Below are positions 9,593-19,002 of a DNA stretch of 32,000 nt, piece after piece (positions within the stretch are counted from its first letter, which is position 1; every line of letters begins with the position of its first letter). Source of the DNA: Candidatus Saccharimonadota bacterium (GTDB lineage Bacteria > Patescibacteriota > Patescibacteriia > 2-12-FULL-60-25); contig CP060222.1 in NCBI GenBank assembly GCA_023898425.1, positions 420,001 to 452,000 on the forward strand, written 5' to 3'. The position numbers were made by a program, and so were the translations under genes. The notes below the pieces were generated by a model. That model worked only from the letters and a program-made list of their open reading frames with translations, was not told the origin of the DNA and made no database searches.

Positions 9593-12500
9593 ATGTTCAC
9601 CTTCGAACGTCTACGCGCGTCCCTTCAAACTCAACGTAGCAAAAAGTTTTTTGCAACCGTTATTGTAGCTGTTATCGCCATTATCGGTGTCTTTGGCACG
9701 ACTCATGGAGTTTCTGCACAAACTCAAACAGCTCCGACAGGTGTTTGTAGTGATGCTGGCATAATTAGCTTTGTTTGTAGTGGTGTTTCGTTCGTGCTCG
9801 GAATGATCGCCGAATTTCTTGGGAGATTGATTTTACTGGTATTGAGTGTTCTTATTGCCTTTGCACAGTATAATGGGTTTTCTACGGCGCTACCTGTTGA
9901 GCAAGGCTGGGTAATTGTTCGCGATGTCACGAACATGTTCTTTATCATTGTCTTATTGCTAACGGCATTTGCCACCGTAATAGGAAGAGATGAGTATCAC
10001 TATTCAAAAATTTTACCTGGACTATTACTGCAAGCTGTTCTCATCAACTTCTCTAAAACAATCATTCAATTGATGATTGATTTTTCGCAGGTGGTGATGC
10101 TTACGTTTGTAAACGCCTTTGCACAATCTGCTGCCGGTAATTTTATCTATGCATTAGGCTTGGATAAAATGATGAATCTACGCCCTAACAGTGGCGTCGA
10201 AATATCAAGTCTCATGATCGCATACATGTTAGCGATTTTCTTCATGTCGATCACATTAGGTGTAGTGATTATTCTTACGGCGTATCTTATCTATAGAATA
10301 GTTGCAATTTGGATTGCCCTTATTCTAGCGCCATTAGCGTTCTTTGTAACTGCACTACCTGGTAAATTTAAATCATCCCTAAAAGGAGTCGGTGATGAAT
10401 ATTGGGGAAATTAATGGGTATGCTCACAGGGGGGTCCCGTCATGGCTTTTTTTCTTATGGCTTACATTAGCCATAACGCAGCACTCTTCATCTGCTGCTA
10501 CAACCAATGCTCGAGAAAGAGGTAGTTTGGCGGCTAATTTAAATCTTGTATTGCCAAGCACTGGTGAGGATACGGCTGGAACTGTTACAGCTTCATCATT
10601 CGGATTTATTAGCCAGATAGCTGATACAGAGCATATTGCCTCTTTTGTTGTTGGTATCGCTTTAATGCTGGCAGCTCTTGATGCTGCTGTTGCTAGTGCT
10701 GCTATCGTTGGTGCAGGTGCTATCGCTGCATTAACAAAGAGCAAAGCGCTTAGCTGGGGTAAAAGCCTAGCTACAGCGCCAATTAGCTTAGGCGAAGGCA
10801 TTGCGAAAAGTGGTTATGGTGTCGTAGATCGTCGTTTTGACCTTACTAGAAAAGCTTCATTAGTTGGTACAAGAGCTTTGGCGCTGACTCCTGCGGCTTT
10901 ACGTGGTGATACGTATAAAAAGCTAAGAGGAGGACTTGTTAAAGGTGTAAATTATCGTCGTGATGAGGCAGAGAGAGACCAACAAGAAGAAGCGGCTTTT
11001 AATAGAAATCTTTCTTCGAGAGCTAAATCGTTAGAAGAACGTCAAAGTCTTCTCGGTATTGCTTCTTCTGCTAGAGCAAACAAGGATGGGATTGTAACAA
11101 AAACTTTATCTAAAGTCGGTGTTAATATTCCTCAACACTTTCTACAAAAGCAGTAGAAAACTACTATCAAGAACAATACGGTGATAAAAATTTTATTGAA
11201 GATGAATTTAAAGCAACTAAACATAAATATCGCGAACAACTAAAAGCGGATGGCATAAAGCGAGGGTTGTCTGCTGAACAAGCAGATACTGAAGCAAGGG
11301 CTGGTAGTGAAGTCATGGTAAGAAATGAATTAAACAAAAGACAAGGCGAAGCACTTAACGCTCGTTTAGCCATTGCTAGAGGTAAACTTAATAAGAAAAC
11401 AGGTAAATTTGAAAATCAAAATAGTACTGAAGTACGACAGTTAGAAGAGCTATTGAAACTAAACCCACATTTAGCCAAAGAAGGAAAAGATAAAGAAGAA
11501 GCTATCAAACGCATGATTGATTCTCCTGATCTTTACAAGGATATTCCTTTAGATACGGGGATGAGTGGTGAGTTTTTGACTGAACTCATGCTTCAAAATG
11601 GATGGGAAGATGTAAAAGATAGTAACGGTAAAGCTATAGGTTTTAGAGAAGTAGATAAAGCGGCTTGGGACTTGAAGCTAAGAGAAATGTCACGTGCAAA
11701 TCCTGCTGTGAGAGAGGCAATGGATGCACATGAACGTTTTGCTAAAGCATCTCCTGAAAAATCATCAGCACAACTTAAGAAAATACACCATGTCAAAAAC
11801 TTTAGCGATAGAACTGTTCAAGCATTCGCAATTGACAACGTTGATAATACCTCGCCTAAAATGGTTATAGGCAGTCGAGTTCGTGGCACCGAGCAACAGG
11901 CGGCATTAGATGCTAGTAAGCGCGATTCCGGGTCTAGTACACCTCCAAATGTAAAGGGTATTGTTGATGCAGTGATGGCTGGTGCACCGTTGGTTGAGGC
12001 ATTAAATAATGCTGGATTTACAGATACGGATCAATCTCCTCTAGAAAAAACTATCTACTGACTACGTAGCGCCTACAGCATTGCAAGCAACATCCGTATT
12101 GAAATCAAGCATCGGCGCACAAGATGCGCGTAATAGAAGGTTGATACAAGCAGCTAATAAGCGATATGAAAAAGCACTTGATGCAGCAATCGTAAATTTA
12201 GAAGGTTCAGCGCTTGATGCTGAAGAACAGCGTTTAGCTGCTGCTAGAGATGCTGCGATCAAGTTAGTTGAGTCAAGTACCGATACTGCAAAAAAACAAT
12301 TAGTAAATGATGCGGCTAGACAAGCGCAAGACGTTATAAAGGTTGTTGCGCAAGCGGCTACAAAAGGAGTTAAAAGGTCACAACAAGAACTCGTGGTGGG
12401 TGAGTTTATGAAAAATAATGGTACAGATATTATTACCGATATTGAACGCTTTGATAATGATTCAAAAATAAGAGCAATGAGTATTATCGAAATGACACGT

Positions 12501-12623
12501 GATATTGCAAATGATGTGCTTAAGGTCGAAGCGTCTAAACGCACAGCATCACAAAATGCTATTGTTGATGGATATGAAGCGCTTATCAGAGATCTTTCTA
12601 AAAAAGGTTTGCAGGAGAACTAA
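9593..12623 (+). CDS. Giant VirB6/TrbL-like polytopic membrane protein with a ~600-aa charged helical tail, read in four frames (three apparent frameshifts)
   Basis: Joined from track ORFs 9593..10414, 10392..11156, 11267..12061 and 12081..12623. At each junction the next frame opens before the previous stop, and a 1-nt change in a run restores continuity: G4 at 10404-10407, A4 at 11146-11149, A6 at 12045-12050. The N-part has at least 7 hydrophobic segments. The tail is rich in K/E/A/R/Q (e.g. EQRLAAARDAAIKLVESSTDTAKKQLVNDAARQAQD). Confidence 0.6.
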
Positions 12624-12670
12624 GAAAGAATCTTACGCAAATTCCTAATACAAAATCAAGAGCTTAACCT

Positions 12671-14239
12671 ATGGATAGAATTGAATGGCAAGCAAGGTTT
12701 AACCTACTTCCGCAATCCGTGAGTGGGTACTTGCTTAGTACTACCGCAGAAGAGCTTGAAGACTCAGTACGTGAAGATCTAGGCTATGATTATGATGCTT
12801 GGTCAAGAATTATTGATGTGATTTGGGAGTTGTTCCTGACTCATTTAGACAAAGATAATTTTGTTCAAAAGCTTATACCTCTTTTAAATGGACGTGATAT
12901 TAATGAGGTGTTAAAAAAAAATACTATTAAAGATCGTTTTACCTGTATCTGACATCATTGATTGGGATGTAGAAACAGCTTTGCAAGAGCTCGGCGCAAA
13001 TCAAAAAGAAATGAGCTTGAGACGACGCATTTCTGTTTTACCCGTTACGTATAGTGCTGCCGTTAAACGTATTGCCGCAAATGCTCAAATCAGTGTTTTA
13101 CAGGATGAGCTTGTGCGACGATTACGTGATCTACTTGTTTCATTGATTACTGGTGTGAGAAATGATGATACAGCCCTTGAATTTTTGCAAAAAGAAAACA
13201 AACCGAAGGAGGTTTAGGGTTTACTGAAAAACAAGCAAAGGATTATTTAAATGAACTTGATGCTTTTTGGCAAGTTCACGTGTTATTAGCGAACAAGATT
13301 ATTCTGAGTGGTTTAGGACGTCACGAACACAAGAAGCTTTTGAATGGAAAGCTCCATTGAATCTTGACGTTAATGACAATACGGATAGTGAGGCGAATAC
13401 TGAACCAAATAAGATACGCCTCCAAAAAAAAATATGAACCCATTTTACAGGCGGCAATTTCAGAATGTCTACAACAAATCGGCGACCTCTCATTAGACGA
13501 ATATCTTAGTAAGCGCTTAGAGAATGTTATTTCTACCCGTTTACGAAATGTAAGAAATGATATCCAAACACTTGATGTTTTAACGCGAGATAGCAAGATT
13601 GGCGGTATCAGCTTGTCCAAAGAAGAGGCTGATAGAATCTTGCATATTATCGAGGCCAGCTATGAGTTACATCATAGCGACATTGAAAATGCGCAAAAAA
13701 AACGTATCCAAGACACAGAGATAGCGCAAAAACAAAAAATCGAAGAACGTAAGATACAAGAAAGCGAAGCGCATGCTGATTGGTACCAAGAAAAAGTAGC
13801 GAAGCCTGCCTTTCAGAACCCTATGACAACTGGCAATGATACAACAATGCGCCAAACACCTTCTAATACAGCTGTCCGGCCTAATATGTCAGGTATTACG
13901 GCGCCTGCAATGCAGCTATCAGATCTCATTGGTGAGTTTAAGACACTTGATATTCAAGAATTTCGTCGATTATCAAGTGACCCAGAGCAAGCAGGGGATA
14001 AGCTCTTTCAGAAATTTGAGACACTTCGTGCTGAATCTTTTGACCGTTATACAGCCGGCATTGCCGCTTGGAGAAGCTCGCCCTTACAAAAACGCTATCT
14101 ACAACTCGTGAGTGAGAGCTTTTCTGAAGGCAAGACGGTTGCAGAAGTCGCGGAGAAACATCTCGCGCAAGATCCAAATACACCAACCGCAGCAGAATTA
14201 GGAGCGATCATTACGCTCAATGCCAAGATACAATATTAA
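12671..14239 (+). CDS. Hypothetical soluble protein with an internal two-fold repeat module, read in five frame segments (four apparent frameshifts)
   Basis: Joined from track ORFs 12671..12952, 12981..13217 and 13364..14239 plus two unlisted segments (about 13205-13270 and 13261-13435). Junctions lie at A9 12913-12921, CC about 13203-13204, T5 13264-13268 and A9 13424-13432. The repeat pairs LVRRLRDLLVSLITGVRNDDTALEFLQKENK.EGGLGFTEKQAKDYLNELDAF with LSKRLENVISTRLRNVRNDIQTLDVLTRDSKIGGISLSKEEADRILHIIEASY. Confidence 0.6.
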
Positions 14240-14248
14240 TGCTATAAT
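14240..14248 (+). promoter_or_regulatory. Extended -10 element TGCTATAAT 6 nt upstream of the GTG start of the PrgI-like gene
   Basis: Exact TGnTATAAT consensus, then spacer TCTTTT, then GTG at 14255. This suggests an internal, near-leaderless promoter for the prgI-virB4 block. Confidence 0.4.
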
Positions 14249-14254
14249 TCTTTT

Positions 14255-14698
14255 GTGCCAGATAAGTTCATTGTCCCTCAATTTATTGATAACGAGAATA
14301 AGATTCTCGGTCCTATTACGGTACGTCAATTCATGATCGTATTAGCGGCAGTATTCTTGCTATTCATCTCTTATACGATTTTCAGTTTTCCGGTCTTTCT
14401 CTTTACGGTCATACTTATTGCTCCATTAGCGGCGACTTTTGCTTTTGTAAAAATTAACGGACAACCATTTCATCTTTTTGCTATTAACGTTTTACAAACA
14501 ACGGTGAGACCAAAAATTCGTGTCTGGAATAAAGAAAAAAATGATGCAGAGATTCGTGCTTATATTAAGGACGGACAACCAAAAGCAACAAATGAAATCG
14601 CAGCTCCCTCAAAACCTAGGCCAGATAGCACAAAACTTCGTGATTTAACGCTGATTGTAAATACAGGAGGCGTCTATAATCCTGACGATCAAACGTAA
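14255..14698 (+). CDS. PrgI family / VirB3-like T4SS membrane protein
   Basis: 147 aa with a GTG start. The N-terminus VPQFIDNENKILGPITVRQFMIVLAAVFLLFISY is followed by a second hydrophobic segment (FPVFLFTVILIAPLAATFAF). This is the hallmark layout of PrgI-like proteins, and it sits directly upstream of a VirB4 ATPase. Confidence 0.7.
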   Translation: MPDKFIVPQFIDNENKILGPITVRQFMIVLAAVFLLFISYTIFSFPVFLFTVILIAPLAATFAFVKINGQPFHLFAINVLQTTVRPKIRVWNKEKNDAEIRAYIKDGQPKATNEIAAPSKPRPDSTKLRDLTLIVNTGGVYNPDDQT

Positions 14699-14699
14699 T

Positions 14700-15389
14700 A
14701 TGAAAAGTAAAATGACTTCAAAAAAACCAGGTGTAGCTTCTCAACGCTATCTCGATATCGCAGAAATTCGTGAAAACATCGTTATCATGAAGGATGGTAC
14801 CCTTCGTGCTGTCTTGCTTGTTTCTAGCGTAAACTTTTCGCTTAAGTCCGTTGATGAGCAGCAAGCAATCGTGCAAGCCTACATGCAGTTTTTAAACAGT
14901 ATTAATTTTCCTATCCAAATCGTTATTCAGTCTCGCCGGATGAATATCGATAATTACATGGATAGACTCAAAGAAAACGAAAAAATACAAGAAAATGAAC
15001 TTTTGAAAAGACAGATTCGTGATTACAGAGATTTTGTAAAACAAATGGTGACCTTGGGCGATATCATGCAGAAGCGTTTTTATGTCGTTATCCCGCTAGA
15101 CCCAGCAAAAGACGTTACCAAAGACATTAGAAAAGGATTCTACGCAAGATTAACTGAGATTTTATCTCCTACTATTGCCGGCAAACTTACCGAAGAAAAG
15201 TTTCAGAAAATGAAGTTTGATCTTGGCTTGCGTGTCAGTCAGGTTTCATCAGGACTTTCATCAATGTCACTTAATGCTGTTCAGCTCGATACACAAAGTC
15301 TTATCGAACTTTACTATACGATCTATAATCCTGAATTGTACGAATCCCAACGCATGACGGATGTTAGTAATCTTCAACTAGAAACGTAA
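14700..15389 (+). CDS. Stand-alone protein resembling the N-terminal (pre-ATPase) domain of VirB4
   Basis: 229 aa. Its element order matches residues of about 55-190 of the downstream ATPase: YLDIAEIRENIVIMKDGTLRAVLLVSSVNF vs IKDLIAPASFVVDPSFLRLGDVFCRTLFVVTYP; FPIQIVIQSRRMNID vs LDISMFFYPIDAPVV; a charged coiled segment; then FYVVIPLD vs FFQFAFYCTFYS. It has no P-loop. Confidence 0.45.
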   Translation: MKSKMTSKKPGVASQRYLDIAEIRENIVIMKDGTLRAVLLVSSVNFSLKSVDEQQAIVQAYMQFLNSINFPIQIVIQSRRMNIDNYMDRLKENEKIQENELLKRQIRDYRDFVKQMVTLGDIMQKRFYVVIPLDPAKDVTKDIRKGFYARLTEILSPTIAGKLTEEKFQKMKFDLGLRVSQVSSGLSSMSLNAVQLDTQSLIELYYTIYNPELYESQRMTDVSNLQLET

Positions 15390-15390
15390 T

Positions 15391-17283
15391 ATGGCCTTTG
15401 AAACTCAACCAAAACAATCATTTGACCCAGCATCCTTAACCAAGGGTGGCGTTGGGTTTCAGAAAGGTAAATCTAAGGCAGATATTAAACGCGAACAAGA
15501 GGCAGAAAAAATTGCTATCGAAGAAGAGCGTATTTATCGCCGTGGCGTTGCTAGTATTAAGGATTTAATTGCCCCAGCTTCATTTGTTGTTGACCCATCT
15601 TTTTTACGATTAGGCGATGTCTTTTGTCGTACACTCTTTGTCGTGACATATCCTCGCTATGTCACGGTTGGTTGGGCATCACCAATTATCAATCTTTCTG
15701 CTGAGCTCGATATCTCGATGTTCTTTTATCCTATTGATGCACCGGTTGTCTTAAAAGAGCTCAAAGATCGTGTAGGTAAACTCGAGGCAGAAATTTCTGA
15801 AAACAATGAAAAAGGCAAGGCTCGTGATCCTATTTCTGAAACGGCATTAAGAGACGTGGAGCAATTACGTGACGATCTTACCCAAGGAATCGAGCATTTC
15901 TTCCAATTTGCATTCTATTGTACGTTTTACTCAAAAGATAAAGAAGAACTTGAGCGCGTAACAACCAAAGTCGAAAATACATTTGGTTCAATGCTTATTT
16001 ATACCAAGCGTTCGTACTTTCAATCAGAGCAAGGCTTTAACTCTACGATGCCAGTAGGTAATGACGAGTTACAAATTGCATTTAACATGAGCACCTCGCC
16101 GATTGCCTCGTCGTTTCCGTTTACATCTGCTGAGCTTACAAGCGACAATGGTATTTTGTATGGCGTTAATCGTCATGATAATTCGTTGATCATTTTTGAT
16201 CGCTTTTCGTTGCAAAATGCCAATGCTGTTATTTTTGCGACATCTGGTGCTGGTAAGTCGTATACAATTAAACTAGAGGTTATTCGTTCGCTCATGCTTG
16301 GCATTGATGTGATTGTTATCGATCCTGAAATGGAGTACAAGCATCTTTCTGACGCGGTGGGAGGCACCTACATCAACGTTTCACTTGCTTCACGATCAAA
16401 AATCAATCCGTTTGATTTACCTCGTCCAACAGGGGAGTCAGCATCTACCGAGGATATTATTCGTAGTGCCGTTATTACCATCAAAGGTCTATTGCGCTTG
16501 ATGTTGGGTAAAATCACAACAGCAGAAGACTCTATTCTTGATCGTGCACTTCTTGAGACATATGCAAAGAAAGACATCGTCCCTGGTGTAGATCTCGCAA
16601 CGGTAGAGCCACCAACGCTTCAGGACTTTCAAGACATTCTTGAGGGTATGGAAGGAACGGCTGAACTTGTTGTTAAATTACGCAAATTCTCAGAAGGTAC
16701 CTTTGCTGGTCTTCTCAATTCGCAAACAACAGTACAGATGAATAATCAGCTCGTTATTTTTTCTGTTCGTGATCTTGAAGACGAGTTACGTCCAATGGGT
16801 ATTTATACCATCGTTAACTATATTTGGAATGTTGTTCGCTCAGTAAAAAAGAAGCGCATTTTAATTATTGATGAGGCTTGGTGGCTCATGCAAAACGAAG
16901 ATTCTGCGAAGTTTATCTTTGCACTAGTAAAACGTTGTCGTAAGTATTTCATGGGTATTTCTACAATCACACAAGATGTAAATGACTTTTTGACCTCCCC
17001 GTATGGTCAAGCTATTGTTACTAATAGCTCAATGCAGCTCTTATTAAAACAATCTCCTGCATCTATTGATCTTGTTGCTAAAACATTCTTGCTTACGCAA
17101 TCAGAAAAGTACCTTCTTCTTGAATCAGCCGTTGGTGAAGGGATCTTCTTTGCCGGTGCTAAGCATGCGGCTATTCAAGTTGTTGCTTCGTATACAGAAG
17201 ATCAGATTGTTACAACAAATCCTGAGCAGCTCCTCAAGATCGAGCAACAAAAGAAAGCCTTTCAAGAATCTCAAGAACTCTAA
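15391..17283 (+). CDS. virB4: VirB4/TrsE/PrgJ-like T4SS ATPase
   Basis: 630 aa with Walker A VIFATSGAGKSYT and Walker B RILIIDEAWWLM, plus the C-terminal ISTITQDVNDF...SSMQLLLKQ motif region typical of VirB4-family ATPases. Its start is 1 nt after the upstream stop. Confidence 0.9.
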   Translation: MAFETQPKQSFDPASLTKGGVGFQKGKSKADIKREQEAEKIAIEEERIYRRGVASIKDLIAPASFVVDPSFLRLGDVFCRTLFVVTYPRYVTVGWASPIINLSAELDISMFFYPIDAPVVLKELKDRVGKLEAEISENNEKGKARDPISETALRDVEQLRDDLTQGIEHFFQFAFYCTFYSKDKEELERVTTKVENTFGSMLIYTKRSYFQSEQGFNSTMPVGNDELQIAFNMSTSPIASSFPFTSAELTSDNGILYGVNRHDNSLIIFDRFSLQNANAVIFATSGAGKSYTIKLEVIRSLMLGIDVIVIDPEMEYKHLSDAVGGTYINVSLASRSKINPFDLPRPTGESASTEDIIRSAVITIKGLLRLMLGKITTAEDSILDRALLETYAKKDIVPGVDLATVEPPTLQDFQDILEGMEGTAELVVKLRKFSEGTFAGLLNSQTTVQMNNQLVIFSVRDLEDELRPMGIYTIVNYIWNVVRSVKKKRILIIDEAWWLMQNEDSAKFIFALVKRCRKYFMGISTITQDVNDFLTSPYGQAIVTNSSMQLLLKQSPASIDLVAKTFLLTQSEKYLLLESAVGEGIFFAGAKHAAIQVVASYTEDQIVTTNPEQLLKIEQQKKAFQESQEL

Positions 17284-17286
17284 CCT

Positions 17287-17898
17287 ATGAATAAAAGACT
17301 TCTCGCAATTGCGCTCATTATCCTTGGCATTATTGGAATTATTGCCGTTATTTGGTTCTTTTTGTTTAGGAGCCCGGCCACAACACCTGTCCAGCAACCA
17401 ACTCAGAACACGGTAACACCATCACAGCCATTTAATCCTTCTACTTCTGTTCCTGTATTCGTTGCTCCTACGGGCACACCACCAAATCCAGATTCCGCAG
17501 AAGAAAAAGAGCGTCAAGCACAAGAAAAAGTACGAAGAATCGCATCTAGCTATGCTTCGCGCCTTGGTACATTTAGTGCGGATGATGGCTTTGAGGCTAT
17601 CCGTGATGTTCAAGCGATTGCTACACCTACGTTTCAACAACGGCTAGAGACACTCCGTGAAGAGATGCTCAAAACACATGCTATTGGCTCTCATTGGTCT
17701 CAAGAGGTGAGAGCTGTCACAAATGCTATTGAACCAAGCTCATTACCTATGCTTGGAAAATCGAAAGCCGTAATCAATGTTCAAGCTCAGCGTACAATCG
17801 GCGCTACCCAAGATTACCTCAATATTCAAGTAACGCTTGTTGCTCAAGGTGATAACTGGCTTGTAGATGATGCTGTTTTTACAACATTTGAAAGATAG
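17287..17898 (+). CDS. N-terminally membrane-anchored protein; candidate VirB8/PrgL analogue
   Basis: 203 aa: TM anchor LLAIALIILGIIGIIAVIWFFLF, a Pro/Thr/Gln linker, then a domain of about 130 aa that looks helix-then-sheet and ends in VTLVAQGDNWLVDDAVF. Position directly after virB4 supports the call, but there is no sequence-level family match I can assert. Confidence 0.3.
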   Translation: MNKRLLAIALIILGIIGIIAVIWFFLFRSPATTPVQQPTQNTVTPSQPFNPSTSVPVFVAPTGTPPNPDSAEEKERQAQEKVRRIASSYASRLGTFSADDGFEAIRDVQAIATPTFQQRLETLREEMLKTHAIGSHWSQEVRAVTNAIEPSSLPMLGKSKAVINVQAQRTIGATQDYLNIQVTLVAQGDNWLVDDAVFTTFER

Positions 17899-18526
17899 GA
17901 TTCTAGATGTTTTTTACCCATTCATTTGCCAATCTTGCGGGCAAATGGGTGATTGGTTATGTAGCAAATGCCAAAATGAAATCGAAGAAGTGCAACAACT
18001 GCCCGAAATTCCAGCTGGACTAGATGGAATTATTGCATGCTATGCCTATTCGGATCCAAAGGTGCGAATTTTGACAGCTTCTTATAAATATCGCTCCGCC
18101 ACCGTCCTTGAAGATATTCAAGCAAACTTACTAAAAAACTGGGTACATAAATATTCTTTACCGCTTTGGGCATATGATACATCCGCGGTACTCGTGCCTA
18201 TTGTCTCGCCAGAATCTCGAACAAGATCACGAGGCATTCGTCACACATCAAACCTTGCTAATACTTTTAAAAAAGCGTTTGAATTACCATCAGCTGTATC
18301 TGAGTATCTAGGTAGGCACGAACATCGTTATCATAACGCGGACCTTACACATGAAGAACGTAGCACTAACGTAAAAAACACGTTTTTCATTGAAGGAAAA
18401 TTACCAGAAAAAATTATTCTTATTGATGATGTCGTTACGACCGGGTCAACACTTTCAGAAGCTGCTCAATTACTCAAAGAACACGGCACAAAAGAGGTGT
18501 ATGCACTTGTATTCGCGAGAGGATGA
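17867..18526 (+). CDS. comFC: ComF family protein (ComFC-type phosphoribosyltransferase-like competence protein)
   Basis: N-terminal CxxC...CxxC (FICQSCGQMGDWLCSKCQ) and C-terminal PRT-type motif IILIDDVVTTGSTLSEAAQLLKEHG. The start is uncertain: ATG 17867 or in-frame TTG 17888. It overlaps the upstream gene and ends on TGA. Confidence 0.85.
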   Translation: MMLFLQHLKDRILDVFYPFICQSCGQMGDWLCSKCQNEIEEVQQLPEIPAGLDGIIACYAYSDPKVRILTASYKYRSATVLEDIQANLLKNWVHKYSLPLWAYDTSAVLVPIVSPESRTRSRGIRHTSNLANTFKKAFELPSAVSEYLGRHEHRYHNADLTHEERSTNVKNTFFIEGKLPEKIILIDDVVTTGSTLSEAAQLLKEHGTKEVYALVFARG

Positions 18527-18533
18527 TAGAAGC

Positions 18534-18956
18534 TTATTTTATCACCATTAACATTGCACCAATCGCAACAAATAACGCCCCTAAACCTGTTTGCCAGGTA
18601 AAGTGCTCGTTTAAAAAGAGAACGGAGAATATCAAGACAAATATAACGCTTGTACGATCTAGTGCAGCTACTGCTGTTGCAGGTCCATGCTTGAGTGCAT
18701 AAAAGTAGGCAACCCATGACAAAGCCCCGGCTATACCAGATAGCACAATATAGAGAAGCGCACGTCTATCTATGGTGCCTAGTAGATTTACCTTACCTAA
18801 ACTTATCGCAACAACACTCAAAAAGAGTGCCATAATGATTGAACGTACTGTTGTAGCTAGCGTAGAATCAACAGACTGAACGCCGATTTTTCCAAAAATT
18901 GCCACAAGACTCGCAAAAAATGCAGAGAGTATGGCAAAGATAATCCATGTTGGCAT
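18534..18956 (-). CDS. Small EamA-domain (DMT superfamily) membrane transporter
   Basis: 140 aa with 4-5 hydrophobic helices and a single EamA-like half (FGKIGVQSVDSTLATTVRS...ALKHGPATAVAALDRTSVIF). TGCTATTAT lies 9 nt upstream of the ATG on the minus strand. Confidence 0.75.
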   Translation of the reverse strand: MPTWIIFAILSAFFASLVAIFGKIGVQSVDSTLATTVRSIIMALFLSVVAISLGKVNLLGTIDRRALLYIVLSGIAGALSWVAYFYALKHGPATAVAALDRTSVIFVLIFSVLFLNEHFTWQTGLGALFVAIGAMLMVIK

Positions 18957-19002
18957 ATGGCACAGATAATAGCATATACGCTAAAGATTAATGGTAGGTG
19001 AG

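Noticed and set aside
10424-12544. Minus-strand ORFs 10424..10801 (125 aa) and 12062..12544 (160 aa) antisense to the VirB6-like gene
   Set aside because: Their Ala/Ser/Leu-rich low-complexity translations mirror the GCN/AAR-rich sense frame. The sense strand gives a continuous, interpretable protein across this region.
13364-13423. N-terminal 20 residues of track ORF 13364..14239 (MTLMTIRIVRRILNQIRYAS)
   Set aside because: The alternative frame upstream (..DYSEWFRTSRTQEAFEWKAPLNLDVNDNTDSEANTEPNKIRLQKK) is more protein-like and joins at the A9 run, so the track start is an out-of-frame artefact.
14667-14680. AGGAGG (14667-14672) and TATAAT (14675-14680) inside the 3' end of the PrgI-like gene as RBS or promoter for 14700
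   Set aside because: The AGGAGG is 28 nt from the ATG, too far to serve as an SD. The TAAnATG junction already indicates translational coupling. The TATAAT could be a chance match in AT-rich coding sequence.
17867-17898. The 32-nt overlap of 17287..17898 with comFC as another frameshift fusion
   Set aside because: Both ORFs have complete, independent domain architectures, and comFC has in-frame ATG and TTG starts. A short overlap is normal in this compact operon.
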